A stretch of 64,000 nt of DNA from Burkholderiales bacterium (GCA_031270015.1 JAISYH010000018.1:14981-78980); one strand, 5' to 3'; counted from the first letter of the stretch, positions 31,892-42,636 are shown. Translations and numbers: made by a program. The notes: generated by a model from the letters alone, not told the origin.

Positions 31892-33093
31892 GGAGTATGG
31901 GAATCTTTGTCTTCAGGGAGGTTTTCCGGCGCTTGAAAAACTTCACGCAGATAGTTTACATACATTGGATCGTAAGAAGTCGTTTTTCCGGGCGAATCGC
32001 TGAGTTTGGCGACAGGCTGACCATTGCAACGAACCATTTTGATCACATTTTGCAACGCCAGATGCCCCAGATCGTTGGTGAGATTAGTGCCAATACCAAA
32101 CGAAACGTCAGCGCGTTTATGGAAATATTGAAACAATTGTATAACCAATTCGGGTGACAACGAATCGGAAAAAATCATCGTTTTGCTGGTGGGGTTAATA
32201 CGCATTTTTTCGTAGTGCGCAATCAGTTTCTCTCCCCATTCGAAGGGATTGCCCGAATCATGGCGAACACCATCGAACAGTTTGCAGAAGAAAAGATCGA
32301 AGTCACGTAAAAACGCATCCATGCTATAAACGTCGGACAACGCGATACCGAGATCGCCGCGATATTCGCGCGCCCATGAATTGAGCGCGAACGATTGCGA
32401 GTCGCGCAAGCGAGGACCCACCGCCTGACACGCCTGTAAATATTCGTGCGCCATTGTGCCGAGCGGGGTCAAGCCTAAAATACGGGCGAAATGCACGTTG
32501 CTCGTTCCGACAAAATTTTCCGGTAGACGTTCGCGCAGCGTGTGCAGAACTTCTTTTTGCCAATCGTAAGAAAGACGCCGACGCCCGCCGTAATCGGCGA
32601 ACTTGAAACCAGGCTCCTTAACCGATTCGAATAGCCCAATTTTTTGATCCAACCGCTTCCGTCCTTCGATCAAATTGGGCTGCGGGAAAGCGTGGCGCGA
32701 ATACAGCTCCGCGATAATTTCCAAGATCGGAATTTCAAAAAGAATCGTGTGCAACCAAGGACCCTTGATCGTGATCGACAAGCCGCTTTCAAATTCCGCG
32801 CCGCTCCTGACTCGGACAAAGCGCTCGTTAAGCTGGAACAGTTCGAGCAAGTCGACGAAATCGCTAGTGAGAAAACGCATTTGGCGAAGATAAGCAAGCT
32901 CTTCCTTTGAAAAGCGCAACGAGCACAATGCTTTGATTTCTTCCCGTAGACTTTTGGCGATTGGCGACAGATCGACGTTCGGTGTCCGACACTTGAAACG
33001 ATACTCGACGTGCGCCGCCGGAAACTGATGCAACACGATTTGCATCATCGTGAACTTATAAAGATCGGTATCGAGAAGTGAACGAATGATCAT
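31888..33093 (-). CDS. pncB: Nicotinate phosphoribosyltransferase
   Basis: '[18 protein letters not shown]', '[10 protein letters not shown]' and '[11 protein letters not shown]'. The ATG at 33093 was chosen; the ORF extends to 33150. Confidence 0.9.
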   Translation of the reverse strand: MIIRSLLDTDLYKFTMMQIVLHQFPAAHVEYRFKCRTPNVDLSPIAKSLREEIKALCSLRFSKEELAYLRQMRFLTSDFVDLLELFQLNERFVRVRSGAEFESGLSITIKGPWLHTILFEIPILEIIAELYSRHAFPQPNLIEGRKRLDQKIGLFESVKEPGFKFADYGGRRRLSYDWQKEVLHTLRERLPENFVGTSNVHFARILGLTPLGTMAHEYLQACQAVGPRLRDSQSFALNSWAREYRGDLGIALSDVYSMDAFLRDFDLFFCKLFDGVRHDSGNPFEWGEKLIAHYEKMRINPTSKTMIFSDSLSPELVIQLFQYFHKRADVSFGIGTNLTNDLGHLALQNVIKMVRCNGQPVAKLSDSPGKTTSYDPMYVNYLREVFQAPENLPEDKDSHTP

Positions 33094-33292
33094 GAAACGC
33101 GCGCCAAACAAGGAATGACACATTATCACCGATTCTACGGCATCTGGCATATTAAGGCGTAACAGGCTATTATTCTAGTGTTCTTATGAGTTTTGACGTT
33201 ACCGCGTTGCAACATTGACGGACGCGCGGAACTGAATTGAGGACACAGCTTTCCTTTACCCAACCGCGTACGCGCATCAAGGAATAAAAAAG

Positions 33293-35011
33293 ATGACTTT
33301 CTCACTTGTTACGGCGGTGAAGAATAGACTCAGCCGCTGGATGCCCGGGCTTCCCGAATTGCTGAGCTACAATCGCGCCCCGTTCAAACGTGACTTGATC
33401 GCGGGGCTGTCCGTCGCCGCCGTTGCGTTACCGACCAGCATCGCTTATGCGCAACTTGCCGGTTTTTCGCCAGTCGTCGGCTTGTACAGCACAATTTTGC
33501 CGATGATCGTGTATGCTCTTTTCGGCTCGTCGCGGCAACTGATCGTTGGTCCAGACGCGGCGACTTGCGCGATGATCATGGCGGCGCTGACGCCACTGGT
33601 CGCGGCGACCGATGATCCTGAGTATTATCACGCGCTGGCGGTATCTTTGACGCTGTTCACCGGGTTTTTCTGTTTGTTGGCAGGGAAATTCCGGCTCGGG
33701 TTTCTCGCCGATTTTTTATCGCGCTCCATTCTGATGGGATTGCTGAATGGCGTCGCCATCACGATCATCATCGGGCAAATGGCGAAAATATTTGGCGTTC
33801 CCTCGAGCGGCGGCAACGGTCTCGCGCAGTTGCTCGTTTTTTTCAAGCAAGTGATACATACGCATATCCCCACATTATTGTTGTCCATTGGGTTATGCGT
33901 TTTGTATTTCGTGTTACGGCATTTTTGGAAAAAAGCGCCTTGGGCATTGATTCTCGCCATTGTCGCAACATTGGTCAGCGCGATTTTCGAATTTTCCTCT
34001 CATGGTGTTACTGTCGTAGGCGAAATTTCGTCCGCGTTGCCTACCTTGCGGTTACCGGCGTTTCCGTTGGAAACGTGGGGTACGATCTTGTCCGCGGCGG
34101 CGGCGTTATCGCTCATCAGCTTCAGCAGCGCGACGTTGACCGGACGTGTCTTTGCCGCTAAAAACGGTTATGAAATCGACAGCAACCGTGAATTGGTCGC
34201 GCTTGGCGTTTCCAATATCGCGTCGGCGTTATCTCAGGGGTTTGCGATCAGTGGCGCGGATTCAAGAACCGCCGTCAATGACGCCGCCGGCGGGAAAACG
34301 CGGATGGTGCAAATTTTTGCGGCGTTGGCGATTTTGTTGGCGTTGCTTTTATTGACGCGATTTTTGACGCATATGCCGACTGCCGCCTTGGGCGTAATCC
34401 TGATTTTTAGTGCAATCGGGCTGACCGATTTTTCGATACTGCGCAAGCTATCTTCCGTCAGCCGTTCCGAATTTTATATTGCGTTGATCACATTGTTGTC
34501 GGTCGTGCTGATGGGCATCATGCCAGGCGTTTTGTTGGCGGTTTCCATTGCGATTCTCCGCTTTTTGACGCGTACCGCGCGGCCAGCCGACTATCGTTTA
34601 GGATTGATCGAGGGACAGAAAGGGTTTTACGAAGTCGATCATTATCCCGAAGCCAAAGAAGTACCCGGTTTGCTTTTGTATCGTTTCGAAGCTTCGTTGA
34701 TTTTTTTCAACGCCGGCTATTTCCGGCAACGGGTGATGAGTTTGATTGATCATTCGGCAACGCCTGTGCGTTGGTTGGTCATCGATGGACGTTCGCTCAA
34801 TAATATCGACTTGACCGGAGCGATGATGCTTTACGAGCTTTCCAAAACGTTGTCGGCGCGCGGTATCGTGATTGCGCTTACCGGACGTTCCGAACAAATT
34901 ACCCGGTGGATGCGAATCCACCAAGTCGATGACAAAGAGATGAATGTGCGCTTATTTCCTAATCGTCGCTTGGCATTCAGATCGTTTCGTCGTGAAATGG
35001 GGATGAAATGA
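33293..35011 (+). CDS. SulP-family anion (sulfate) permease with a C-terminal STAS domain
   Basis: 'LIAGLSVAAVALPTSIAYAQLAG', about 10-12 hydrophobic spans, and a STAS-like tail 'LLLYRFEASLIFFNAGYF...WLVIDGRSLNNIDLTGA'. Confidence 0.85.
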   Translation: MTFSLVTAVKNRLSRWMPGLPELLSYNRAPFKRDLIAGLSVAAVALPTSIAYAQLAGFSPVVGLYSTILPMIVYALFGSSRQLIVGPDAATCAMIMAALTPLVAATDDPEYYHALAVSLTLFTGFFCLLAGKFRLGFLADFLSRSILMGLLNGVAITIIIGQMAKIFGVPSSGGNGLAQLLVFFKQVIHTHIPTLLLSIGLCVLYFVLRHFWKKAPWALILAIVATLVSAIFEFSSHGVTVVGEISSALPTLRLPAFPLETWGTILSAAAALSLISFSSATLTGRVFAAKNGYEIDSNRELVALGVSNIASALSQGFAISGADSRTAVNDAAGGKTRMVQIFAALAILLALLLLTRFLTHMPTAALGVILIFSAIGLTDFSILRKLSSVSRSEFYIALITLLSVVLMGIMPGVLLAVSIAILRFLTRTARPADYRLGLIEGQKGFYEVDHYPEAKEVPGLLLYRFEASLIFFNAGYFRQRVMSLIDHSATPVRWLVIDGRSLNNIDLTGAMMLYELSKTLSARGIVIALTGRSEQITRWMRIHQVDDKEMNVRLFPNRRLAFRSFRREMGMK

Positions 35012-35047
35012 ATAACCGAGACAAAGGAACCGGATTACAATGGCGTT

Positions 35048-35941
35048 ATGAAATGGTTGAAAAAAATATTGACGCGAAAAAAACACGGCAATAGCCTTGA
35101 TCGAAAAATAGCAATACCAGTGTTTTGTTATCATTCTGTCAATATTACCGGCACGGCTTATGATCAGAACGATCATGTTGCGTTAGAAGAAGATTTGCGC
35201 ACACTTTGGCGTCTGGGCTTTCGCTTATTATCTCCCGTCAAACTTGCCAGAGTGTTACGTGGTGAAGAAAATTTGCCTCGACATGAAAGATACGCAAGTA
35301 TTACATTTGATGATGGCTCTGATCTGGACTATTTCGATTACGATCATCCCGACGCGGGCATGGTAAAAAGTTTGCAACATATTCTTGAAGAAACGCCGTT
35401 AAGCCGAGACGTGGCGCAACAGGAAGCGCTGACGGCCAGTTTCGTGATCGTTTCTCCAGAGGCGCGCAAAGAATTGACGGTAACTTGTTTTTTGGGGCAG
35501 GATTTGATTCGCGATAATTGGTGGTATGAATGTTCGCAAAAACGATTGATCGGCATCGCCAACCATAGTTGGGATCACGCGCACGAAACATTGATGCGTG
35601 TTTGTCAGAAAGACAATATAAAAGGTTCTTTCTATGATATTACGACGTACGAGGACGCTGACCGGCAAATTCGGATTGCGCAAGATTACCTCGACAAAAT
35701 GACAAAAGACGCTTCAATGCGGGTTTTTGCTTATCCTTATGGACATGCTTCCTCTTATCTCGTCGAAGAATACTTTCCCGTATTTCAAAAGGAACACAGG
35801 CAACTGGCGGCATATGGACTTGATCCGACGCCAGTGACCAAAGAAGCCAATATTTGGAATTTGCCGCGCTATGTTTGCGGAAAACACTGGAAAGCGCGCG
35901 AAGAATTTGAAGATATTCTTAAGGACTGTGTGAAATCATGA
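35048..35941 (+). CDS. Polysaccharide deacetylase (NodB homology domain) family protein
   Basis: NodB motifs 'ITFDDGSDLDY', 'HSWDH' and 'AYPYGH'. Confidence 0.75.
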   Translation: MKWLKKILTRKKHGNSLDRKIAIPVFCYHSVNITGTAYDQNDHVALEEDLRTLWRLGFRLLSPVKLARVLRGEENLPRHERYASITFDDGSDLDYFDYDHPDAGMVKSLQHILEETPLSRDVAQQEALTASFVIVSPEARKELTVTCFLGQDLIRDNWWYECSQKRLIGIANHSWDHAHETLMRVCQKDNIKGSFYDITTYEDADRQIRIAQDYLDKMTKDASMRVFAYPYGHASSYLVEEYFPVFQKEHRQLAAYGLDPTPVTKEANIWNLPRYVCGKHWKAREEFEDILKDCVKS

Positions 35942-36537
35942 TGAATTTTCGAGCGCGTGTTTTAAACGTTCTGGGCAAGGGAAAGGCGTCGAGGACGCAA
36001 CCTACGGAAACGCGCGCAATATCCCCCAAAGATGAAAAGATTTCTTTTGACGAGATTCTTTGCGTTGTGGAAACCAGTCACGCCCAGGTTTTTATCGGCG
36101 ATCTTTTCCGCAGAAGATTCAATGTTGATGATTTTCCGGATTTTCCCAGACATTTCGTTGCGTTTTATCGTGTAGATGCCTACACGTTCGCGCCGGTTGG
36201 TTATGTTCATCACACACCATGGGAAGGGTGCACGCTTTGCGGCGGGCTGGTTATCGATGAGCGGTTTTACCGCCAAATTCCGGCGCAACATCGGAAAGTG
36301 ATTCGTGAAGCGGGAGGTATTGCTGAACAATTACAAAGAAAAAGTTTCGAGATCGTAAAACCGAACGCTAAAGTAATATGGGGATATGTTGGCGACGATC
36401 TGGCGCGTCGAGTCGATTTGCGCGTCGGGTTTGAGCCAACGGAAGACGCTCATATCATGGCAGTTTGGCTACAGCCGTTGACCGACGAAGAAAAAAATGA
36501 ATTATTTGAAAAAGTCAAAGCGCTGGGACCATTTTAA
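35938..36537 (+). CDS. Hypothetical protein (199 aa), translationally coupled to the deacetylase
   Basis: There is an ATGA overlap at 35938-35941. Codon usage is like its neighbours. I cannot confidently recognise a motif; 'CGGLVIDERFY...IREAGGIAEQL' looks only vaguely acyltransferase-like. Confidence 0.5.
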   Translation: MMNFRARVLNVLGKGKASRTQPTETRAISPKDEKISFDEILCVVETSHAQVFIGDLFRRRFNVDDFPDFPRHFVAFYRVDAYTFAPVGYVHHTPWEGCTLCGGLVIDERFYRQIPAQHRKVIREAGGIAEQLQRKSFEIVKPNAKVIWGYVGDDLARRVDLRVGFEPTEDAHIMAVWLQPLTDEEKNELFEKVKALGPF

Positions 36538-36546
36538 GTTTCATAG

Positions 36547-38712
36547 TTAAACGATCATGGGGTCTACGTCGATGATCCATTTGATGGGTCGCGCCCGCAA
36601 CGCATCGAGATGGATTTTCCATTCGCGCAAAAAGCGTTGCAACATACTGCGATTGGCGCTGCGGATAATCATTTGCATACGAAAAAATCCGGCGCGTTTC
36701 GCCAATGTCGATGAAACCGGCGGGAAGATATGGACAGAGTCATTGGCGCAAGCGAGCGCTTTTTCGTGCGCTTGTTGTAAAAACGACAACAATTTTTTTT
36801 CGTCGCGCGCTTCAGCGCTCAACAACGCCAGCGAAACGAACGGTGGCAAGCCGATGGCTTTTCGTTCTTCAAGTAAAACGGCGGCGTAGTCGTTGAACGC
36901 GTGCCGTTGCAGCGCGTCAAAAAGCGGATACTGGGGAAAATCGGTTTGCACGATCACTTCGCCCTTACGTTCAGCGCGTCCGGCGCGTCCGGCGACTTGA
37001 TGCAACAACGCGGAAAGTCGCTCGGTCGCGCGAAAATCGGCGCTGTATAAGGCGTTGTCCGCGCCGAGGACGCCGACCAATGTCACGGCGGGGAAGTCAT
37101 GCCCTTTCGCCAGCATCTGCGTGCCGATCATAATATCAATATTTTGCGCCGCGATTTGCGTTTGCAATGCGTCAAATGCGCCGCGCCGTTGCGTACTATC
37201 ACGGTCGATACGCGCAATGCGCGCGTTCGGGAAAGCGCGGGTCAATGCCGTTTCCAGACGTTGCGTGCCAAAACCGCGCGGCAAAAGATCAATATTGCCG
37301 CACGATGGACAAACATGAAATACGCGCGATGAATAATTGCATTGGTGACAACGCAAGCTGGAAGGATTTTTGTGCAGCACCAAACGAACCGAGCAACGCG
37401 GGCATGTCGCTTCCCAGCCGCAAGCGTGGCATTTCAGGGAAGGCGAAAAACCGCGGCGGTTGATAAATATCAGGGATTGCTCGTTGCGTTCCAGCCGCGC
37501 ATGAATGGCGTCCCACAGTTCCGGCGCAATACCTTCATGCGTTGTTTCTTTGGACAAAGGCACGAAACGGATATTGGGCATCGCTTGCTCGTTGGCGCGG
37601 CGGCTGATACGCAGGAGTTGGTAGCGCCCTTGTTGCGCATGGTAATAGGTTTCAAGCGACGGCGTCGCACTACCGAGCATGATGGGCACATTGCGCTGCC
37701 GCGCTCGCCATATCGCGAGATCGCGCGCATGGTAACGTACGCCGTCTTGTTGCTTGAACGACGCATCGTGTTCTTCATCGATGACGATCAATCCAAGAGC
37801 GGGCAGCGGCGTGAATATCGCAAGTCGCGTACCTAAAATGAGCTGCGCATCACCGGTTGTGGCGCAACGCCAATTGGCGAACCGTTCGCCATCCGGCAGA
37901 CCACTATGCAATACCGCCGTTTTCACATTGGGCAGATGTTTGGCGGCGCGCTGTAAGAATTGCGGCGTCAAATGAATTTCTGGTAAAAGTATGAGCGCCT
38001 GTTTGCCGCGCAAGATCGCTTCACGCGCCAGCGTCAAATAGACTTCGGTTTTACCGCTGCCGGTGACGCCTTGCAGCAAAAATACTTGGAACTTGTCTCG
38101 CGCGGAATCAATGGCGGCGACTGCGGCGCGTTGTTCTTCAAACAAAGGTGTCGTCGCTTCATTGGAGATAGTTTTTTCGACGGATGGGATTAACCAGCCG
38201 TGTTGACGCCATTGTTTGATATAACGTTTTTGTGTCGCGCTCCAGTTTTTTTGTTGTCCGACCGCAATGACGCCGGACAATACCTCGTCGATGAGTGATC
38301 TCAGTTGTGGCGCTTTGCGTTTGCCCAAATTTTCACGCAAAGCAAGCAACTCGTTTTTTCCGAGCTCCTCGAGCGCTAAGCATGTCGGCAAGTCTGAAGG
38401 TCGTACCGAAAGAGGAGGCAACGCCAAAGCGCAGCTCATCCCGATATCCGCGTGATAGTAATCGCTTACAAACGAGAGAAGTTTGAGGATATCGTCGGGC
38501 AACGGCGGCAGATCATAAACTTTTTCGACAGGCAGCAGATTTTCGGGCGCAATCTCGGAATATTCACGGCACGCCATGACAACTCCGTAACGCGGCTTAT
38601 GCGCGAGCCGGACTCGGACGAGATTTCCACAAACGATTTTTTGGTCGGTTGGCGCCAGGTAGTCAAAAAGATGTCCCGCCGCGACAGGTAGGGCAACGCG
38701 CACGATTTTCAT
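36547..38712 (-). CDS. priA: Primosomal replication restart helicase PriA
   Basis: 721 aa with Walker A 'GVTGSGKTEVY', 'VIDEEHD', and the Cys-rich insert 'CHACGWEATCPRCSVRLVLHK...CHQCNY...CPSCG'. Confidence 0.93.
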   Translation of the reverse strand: MKIVRVALPVAAGHLFDYLAPTDQKIVCGNLVRVRLAHKPRYGVVMACREYSEIAPENLLPVEKVYDLPPLPDDILKLLSFVSDYYHADIGMSCALALPPLSVRPSDLPTCLALEELGKNELLALRENLGKRKAPQLRSLIDEVLSGVIAVGQQKNWSATQKRYIKQWRQHGWLIPSVEKTISNEATTPLFEEQRAAVAAIDSARDKFQVFLLQGVTGSGKTEVYLTLAREAILRGKQALILLPEIHLTPQFLQRAAKHLPNVKTAVLHSGLPDGERFANWRCATTGDAQLILGTRLAIFTPLPALGLIVIDEEHDASFKQQDGVRYHARDLAIWRARQRNVPIMLGSATPSLETYYHAQQGRYQLLRISRRANEQAMPNIRFVPLSKETTHEGIAPELWDAIHARLERNEQSLIFINRRGFSPSLKCHACGWEATCPRCSVRLVLHKNPSSLRCHQCNYSSRVFHVCPSCGNIDLLPRGFGTQRLETALTRAFPNARIARIDRDSTQRRGAFDALQTQIAAQNIDIMIGTQMLAKGHDFPAVTLVGVLGADNALYSADFRATERLSALLHQVAGRAGRAERKGEVIVQTDFPQYPLFDALQRHAFNDYAAVLLEERKAIGLPPFVSLALLSAEARDEKKLLSFLQQAHEKALACANDSVHIFPPVSSTLAKRAGFFRMQMIIRSANRSMLQRFLREWKIHLDALRARPIKWIIDVDPMIV

Positions 38713-39016
38713 CTTCTAATCACCGTCTGACGCTGTTTTAGGCGACCTTTTCAAGTCGGAAAATCTGTGGATAGTTTTGTGGAAGACCAAGTGCGCGAAT
38801 ATGATTTCGGCACACATCATTATTTTCATACGAAACAGAATTTTCAAAAAAAGACATATTTCCATTAAAAAACAATGACTTAAATATGAATGTTAAACTG
38901 GATTTCCTAATAGTCGATGTAAGTTCACTTGACAAGCGCAATGTGAATAAGTAGGTCATGCCACGTCGATGATTATGCGAAGCCTTCACTTCACGGCAAA
39001 TCGCCTGTAGGCGCGG

Positions 39017-40075
39017 TTATTCTAAACGCATTTCCCGTGAAACGCGATGAACCGTCTCTACCAACACAGCGACATTTTCCGGTGGCGTTTGCGGTACGAT
39101 ACCATGTCCCAAATTGAAGACATGCCCGGGTTGAACGCCTGCGGCGTGGATAATGGTATCAGCTTCTCGCGCCACTGTTTTTTCATCGGTCAGCAAAACC
39201 AATGGATCGAGATTGCCTTGCAGCGCGACTTTACCGCCAAAACGCTGGCGCGCTTGCGCGATATCGACCGTCCAATCGAGTCCGAGCGCATCAGCGCCGC
39301 TATTCGCCATACCATCCAACCACTGTCCGCCGCCTTTAGTAAAAAGAATAGTCGGTACTTTCTCGCCTGCGGCGTTTGCGTTGAGCCGCGCCAATACTTC
39401 CTTCATCGTGTCAAGCGAAAGATTTTGATAGGCGACGCTCGACAACAGCCCACCCCAAGTATCGAAAATCATTACCGCGTCAACGCCGGCGGCGATTTGT
39501 TCGTTGAGGTATGCGGCGACAGCCTGAGCGTTGATATGGATGAGTTGTTTCATCAAATCCGGTCGAGCGTAAGCGAGCTTGCGGACATTCGGGAAACCTT
39601 CGCTGCTACCGCCTTCGATCATGTAACATGCCAGCGTAAAGGGGCTGCCTGAAAAACCGATTAACGGCACATGTCCATTCAGTGCTTTTTTGATTGTGGT
39701 GACCGCATCGAAAACGTAACGCAGTCGATTCATATCGGGGACGGCGAGCGCGGAAATCGCTTGCTCATTATCGGTTTTGCGGGCAAATTTTGGACCTTCG
39801 CCCGCCGCGAAAGAAAGTCCCAAGCCCATCGCGTCCGGCACGGTCAAAATATCGGAAAAAAGAATCGCCGCGTCCAACGGGAAACGCGCCAATGGTTGCA
39901 AAGTCACCTCAGTCGCCAGTTCCGGCGTCATCGCCAGTTTCATGAAACTGCCCGCCGTCGCTCGGGTTTTATTGTATTCGGGCAAATAGCGCCCCGCTTG
40001 GCGCATCAGCCAAATGGGCGTGTAGTCGGTCGGCTGGCGGCGCAGAGCGCGTAAAAACGCATCGTTTTGGATCAT
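39017..40075 (-). CDS. hemE: Uroporphyrinogen decarboxylase
   Basis: 352 aa with '[15 protein letters not shown]', '[10 protein letters not shown]' and 'VFNLGHGI'. Confidence 0.95.
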   Translation of the reverse strand: MIQNDAFLRALRRQPTDYTPIWLMRQAGRYLPEYNKTRATAGSFMKLAMTPELATEVTLQPLARFPLDAAILFSDILTVPDAMGLGLSFAAGEGPKFARKTDNEQAISALAVPDMNRLRYVFDAVTTIKKALNGHVPLIGFSGSPFTLACYMIEGGSSEGFPNVRKLAYARPDLMKQLIHINAQAVAAYLNEQIAAGVDAVMIFDTWGGLLSSVAYQNLSLDTMKEVLARLNANAAGEKVPTILFTKGGGQWLDGMANSGADALGLDWTVDIAQARQRFGGKVALQGNLDPLVLLTDEKTVAREADTIIHAAGVQPGHVFNLGHGIVPQTPPENVAVLVETVHRVSREMRLE

Positions 40076-40374
40076 TGTTGTCCTTTAGAAACAAAAGCGC
40101 GAGAATCTGCGCGAAACCGGCATTGTCGCTCAAGCCAGAAAAGACGGCAAATAGTCCGCGCATAGCGCCTGATGCGCGTAAATATTGCCAAAATATTGCC
40201 GGAAAACCAACACAATGAAATCGGCTGCCCGGAAAAAAGAAAAAAACTTGCCATGAATCATCAAGTTGAGGTTTAATCATAGAAGTGTTTTCTATCCGGC
40301 TGTTCTTTTTATGATTTTATCCTCTGGAACGGGCGGATGCCGATTTAATTGTTTTTATTTTGTGGAAGGTCATC

Positions 40375-41721
40375 ATGTTTTTTACTCGTTTGATATCCCA
40401 ACTTGGCCTGTGCCTGGTGGTATTGGCAACAGCGTTATTAACAGCCTGCGGCGGCGGCAGTAGCGGTAATCCAAGCAATCCGTATGATCCGCCAATCTTA
40501 GCATTACATCACGATCAAATTGCCTTCCCCGGACAGAAATTCGAAATAAGAATTACGGGAGGTACAGGATCCTATCGATTGTTAGAAACCTATCCGCCTA
40601 CCGTTATTTCGTTTAGTGATGTTAACTTTGACGGAGACAAAATTGCCGTAATACCGAACGCGGTAGAGGCGGAGACGGTTGTCACCATCAGAATTCGTGA
40701 TCAGAATAATGGTGTTTTTGGCGAAACGTCATTTACCGTTCGTCCTTCCTATCTGTCCAATTTCATTTGGGTTTCGCCATTCCCCAACGCGCCGGAATCG
40801 TGTTCTTCGAGCGGCGTAACGGATAACGTATCGACGGAAGGTTATGCGTCGATTTGCGTCGGCGCTAGAGGAACCGCGCAAATTGCGTTGCGTACGAATG
40901 AAGGGGGGCTTGGCAATCGTGATGTTCGTTTTGAATGGGTTTCCGGCGAATACTATTTTGATCCTTCGGATGTGGGCAGCAATGGCAGAAGAATCACGAC
41001 GCGAACGGACAGCAGGGGTTATGCTACGGTAGAAATACAAACAAGAGCCAACGTGCCGGCGCATAAAGCGACGATCAGAGCAGTTGAAGTCGCTACCAAT
41101 AACTGGGTACAAACCGACTTTTGGATTGCGACCGAAACATTCAGAGTGTTCCCGACGGACATCAGTATTACGACAACGGCAGATCATTGTTATAGCTCGA
41201 CGAGCGCGATCGTTTCTTTGTTCGGAGGAACGCCGCCTTACACATACGTTCCTACCAGTTATATTTCTGCCACTCCGTCCACTATTGCGGTAAGCGGCGG
41301 CACGACGGTGCTTGCGACAACTCCGGGATGGTGTCTCGAAAAAACAGTCCAATTCAGAGACGCGACGGGCGCGACGGCTAATGTCAGTTTCTCATATTCG
41401 GCTTCGGGCAGCAGTGAGCCAGAACCCGAACCAGAAGAGCCACCTGCGTTTACCGCGGCTGCGCCATGGGCGGGCGCTACCGTTTCCTGCGCAAACGGAA
41501 GCAGCTATCAGGTTGTCGCAACCGGCGGCGTACCCCCGTATAAATTTGCGGTTTCCGGTTTGCCCGTAGCGATGACGCCGCCGTTGAATTCGTATGCAAC
41601 CATGTCTGGTTCCACCGGCACCTTTACGTTCAATGCGCCGGGGAATCCGGGAGACATCTATACGGTTTCAGTCATCGACAGCGCGCTTAGTGAGAAAGTA
41701 TTCTCGTTGACGTGCCAATGA
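40375..41721 (+). CDS. Lipoprotein of unknown function with probable Ig-like repeat domains
   Basis: Lipobox 'LLTACGG' after a hydrophobic signal. SD-like GGAAGG lies before the ATG at 40375. It has repeated 'GGTxxY' segments ('ITGGTGSYRL', 'LFGGTPPYTYV', 'ATGGVPPYKFA') and the acidic linker 'SEPEPEPEEPP'. Confidence 0.6.
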   Translation: MFFTRLISQLGLCLVVLATALLTACGGGSSGNPSNPYDPPILALHHDQIAFPGQKFEIRITGGTGSYRLLETYPPTVISFSDVNFDGDKIAVIPNAVEAETVVTIRIRDQNNGVFGETSFTVRPSYLSNFIWVSPFPNAPESCSSSGVTDNVSTEGYASICVGARGTAQIALRTNEGGLGNRDVRFEWVSGEYYFDPSDVGSNGRRITTRTDSRGYATVEIQTRANVPAHKATIRAVEVATNNWVQTDFWIATETFRVFPTDISITTTADHCYSSTSAIVSLFGGTPPYTYVPTSYISATPSTIAVSGGTTVLATTPGWCLEKTVQFRDATGATANVSFSYSASGSSEPEPEPEEPPAFTAAAPWAGATVSCANGSSYQVVATGGVPPYKFAVSGLPVAMTPPLNSYATMSGSTGTFTFNAPGNPGDIYTVSVIDSALSEKVFSLTCQ

Positions 41722-41750
41722 TGAAGCGCGGTAGATAAAAAAGCGGAAAA

Positions 41751-41775
41751 ACAGCGCCTTCGGGCGCTGTTTTTT
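41751..41775. terminator. Bidirectional rho-independent terminator
   Basis: ACAGCGCC-ttcg-GGCGCTGT is a perfect 8-bp stem. TTTTT follows on the + strand and a T-rich run follows on the - strand. It lies between the lipoprotein gene and the convergent apaH. Confidence 0.75.
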
Positions 41776-41811
41776 ATGTGCGAAAAACAATATGGACAAG
41801 CAAAGAAATCA

Positions 41812-42636
41812 TCATATCTCGGTCTGAATTTTTTGTCCGGGCGTTTGAAAAACCGCCCGATCTTCCAGACGAACCGCTGTCAGCATACCGCCCCATAAAC
41901 ATCCGGAATCGATCATCAGTACGTTGGGCATCAACGATAAACCCAGTGTCGACCAGTGACCGCAAACGAGCGTGACGTCGGCGGTTTGCCGTCGCTCATG
42001 CATGAACCACGGACGCATTCCGGCAGGCGCGTAGGCAGGTCCGCGTTTCTCGGAAAAATCGAGTTTGCCGTCGGCGCTACAAAAACGAATGCGCGCCATG
42101 ATATTGACGATGGTGCGTGTTCGGTCGATGCCGCGCAAGCTATCGTGCCAACGCGCGGGTTTGTTGCCGTATAGATGTTTAAGAAAAGCACGTACGGTTT
42201 TTTCGTTGTCGCTATGCAGCAGATGTTCCACTTCACGCGCATGACGCATCACGTCATCGGCGCGCCATGAGGGGGCGACACCGGCATGCACGAGCAAACA
42301 GTCATGCATCGGTCGCGCTGCCAACGGGCGATGTCGCAACCAATACAATAGATCGTCGCGGTCACGCGCGGTCAACACATCATCCAAACCGTCAATTTTT
42401 TTGGCTTTTTGAAATCCCGCAGCGATCATCAACAAGTGGAAATCGTGATTGCCGAGAACAGAATTGGCGCCGAGCGCGATGATTTCGCGCAAAACTGCGG
42501 CGGACTCCGGTCCGCGATTGACCAGATCGCCGACAAACCACAACTTGTCGCGTTTCGTAGAAAAAGGCAGCAATTCCAACAAACGGCAAAGTTCTTTATG
42601 ACAACCTTGCACGTCACCGATTACATAAGTCGCCAT
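41812..42636 (-). CDS. apaH: Bis(5'-nucleosyl)-tetraphosphatase, symmetrical
   Basis: Metallophosphatase motifs 'YVIGDVQGC', 'GDLVNRGP' and 'GNHD', plus 'VCGHW'. Confidence 0.9.
   Translation of the reverse strand: MATYVIGDVQGCHKELCRLLELLPFSTKRDKLWFVGDLVNRGPESAAVLREIIALGANSVLGNHDFHLLMIAAGFQKAKKIDGLDDVLTARDRDDLLYWLRHRPLAARPMHDCLLVHAGVAPSWRADDVMRHAREVEHLLHSDNEKTVRAFLKHLYGNKPARWHDSLRGIDRTRTIVNIMARIRFCSADGKLDFSEKRGPAYAPAGMRPWFMHERRQTADVTLVCGHWSTLGLSLMPNVLMIDSGCLWGGMLTAVRLEDRAVFQTPGQKIQTEI

Noticed and set aside
38738-38989. An 83-aa ORF in the priA-hemE intergenic region.
   Set aside because: The stretch is AT-rich with low-complexity translation and no motif. The region more plausibly holds the priA promoter and the hemE terminator.
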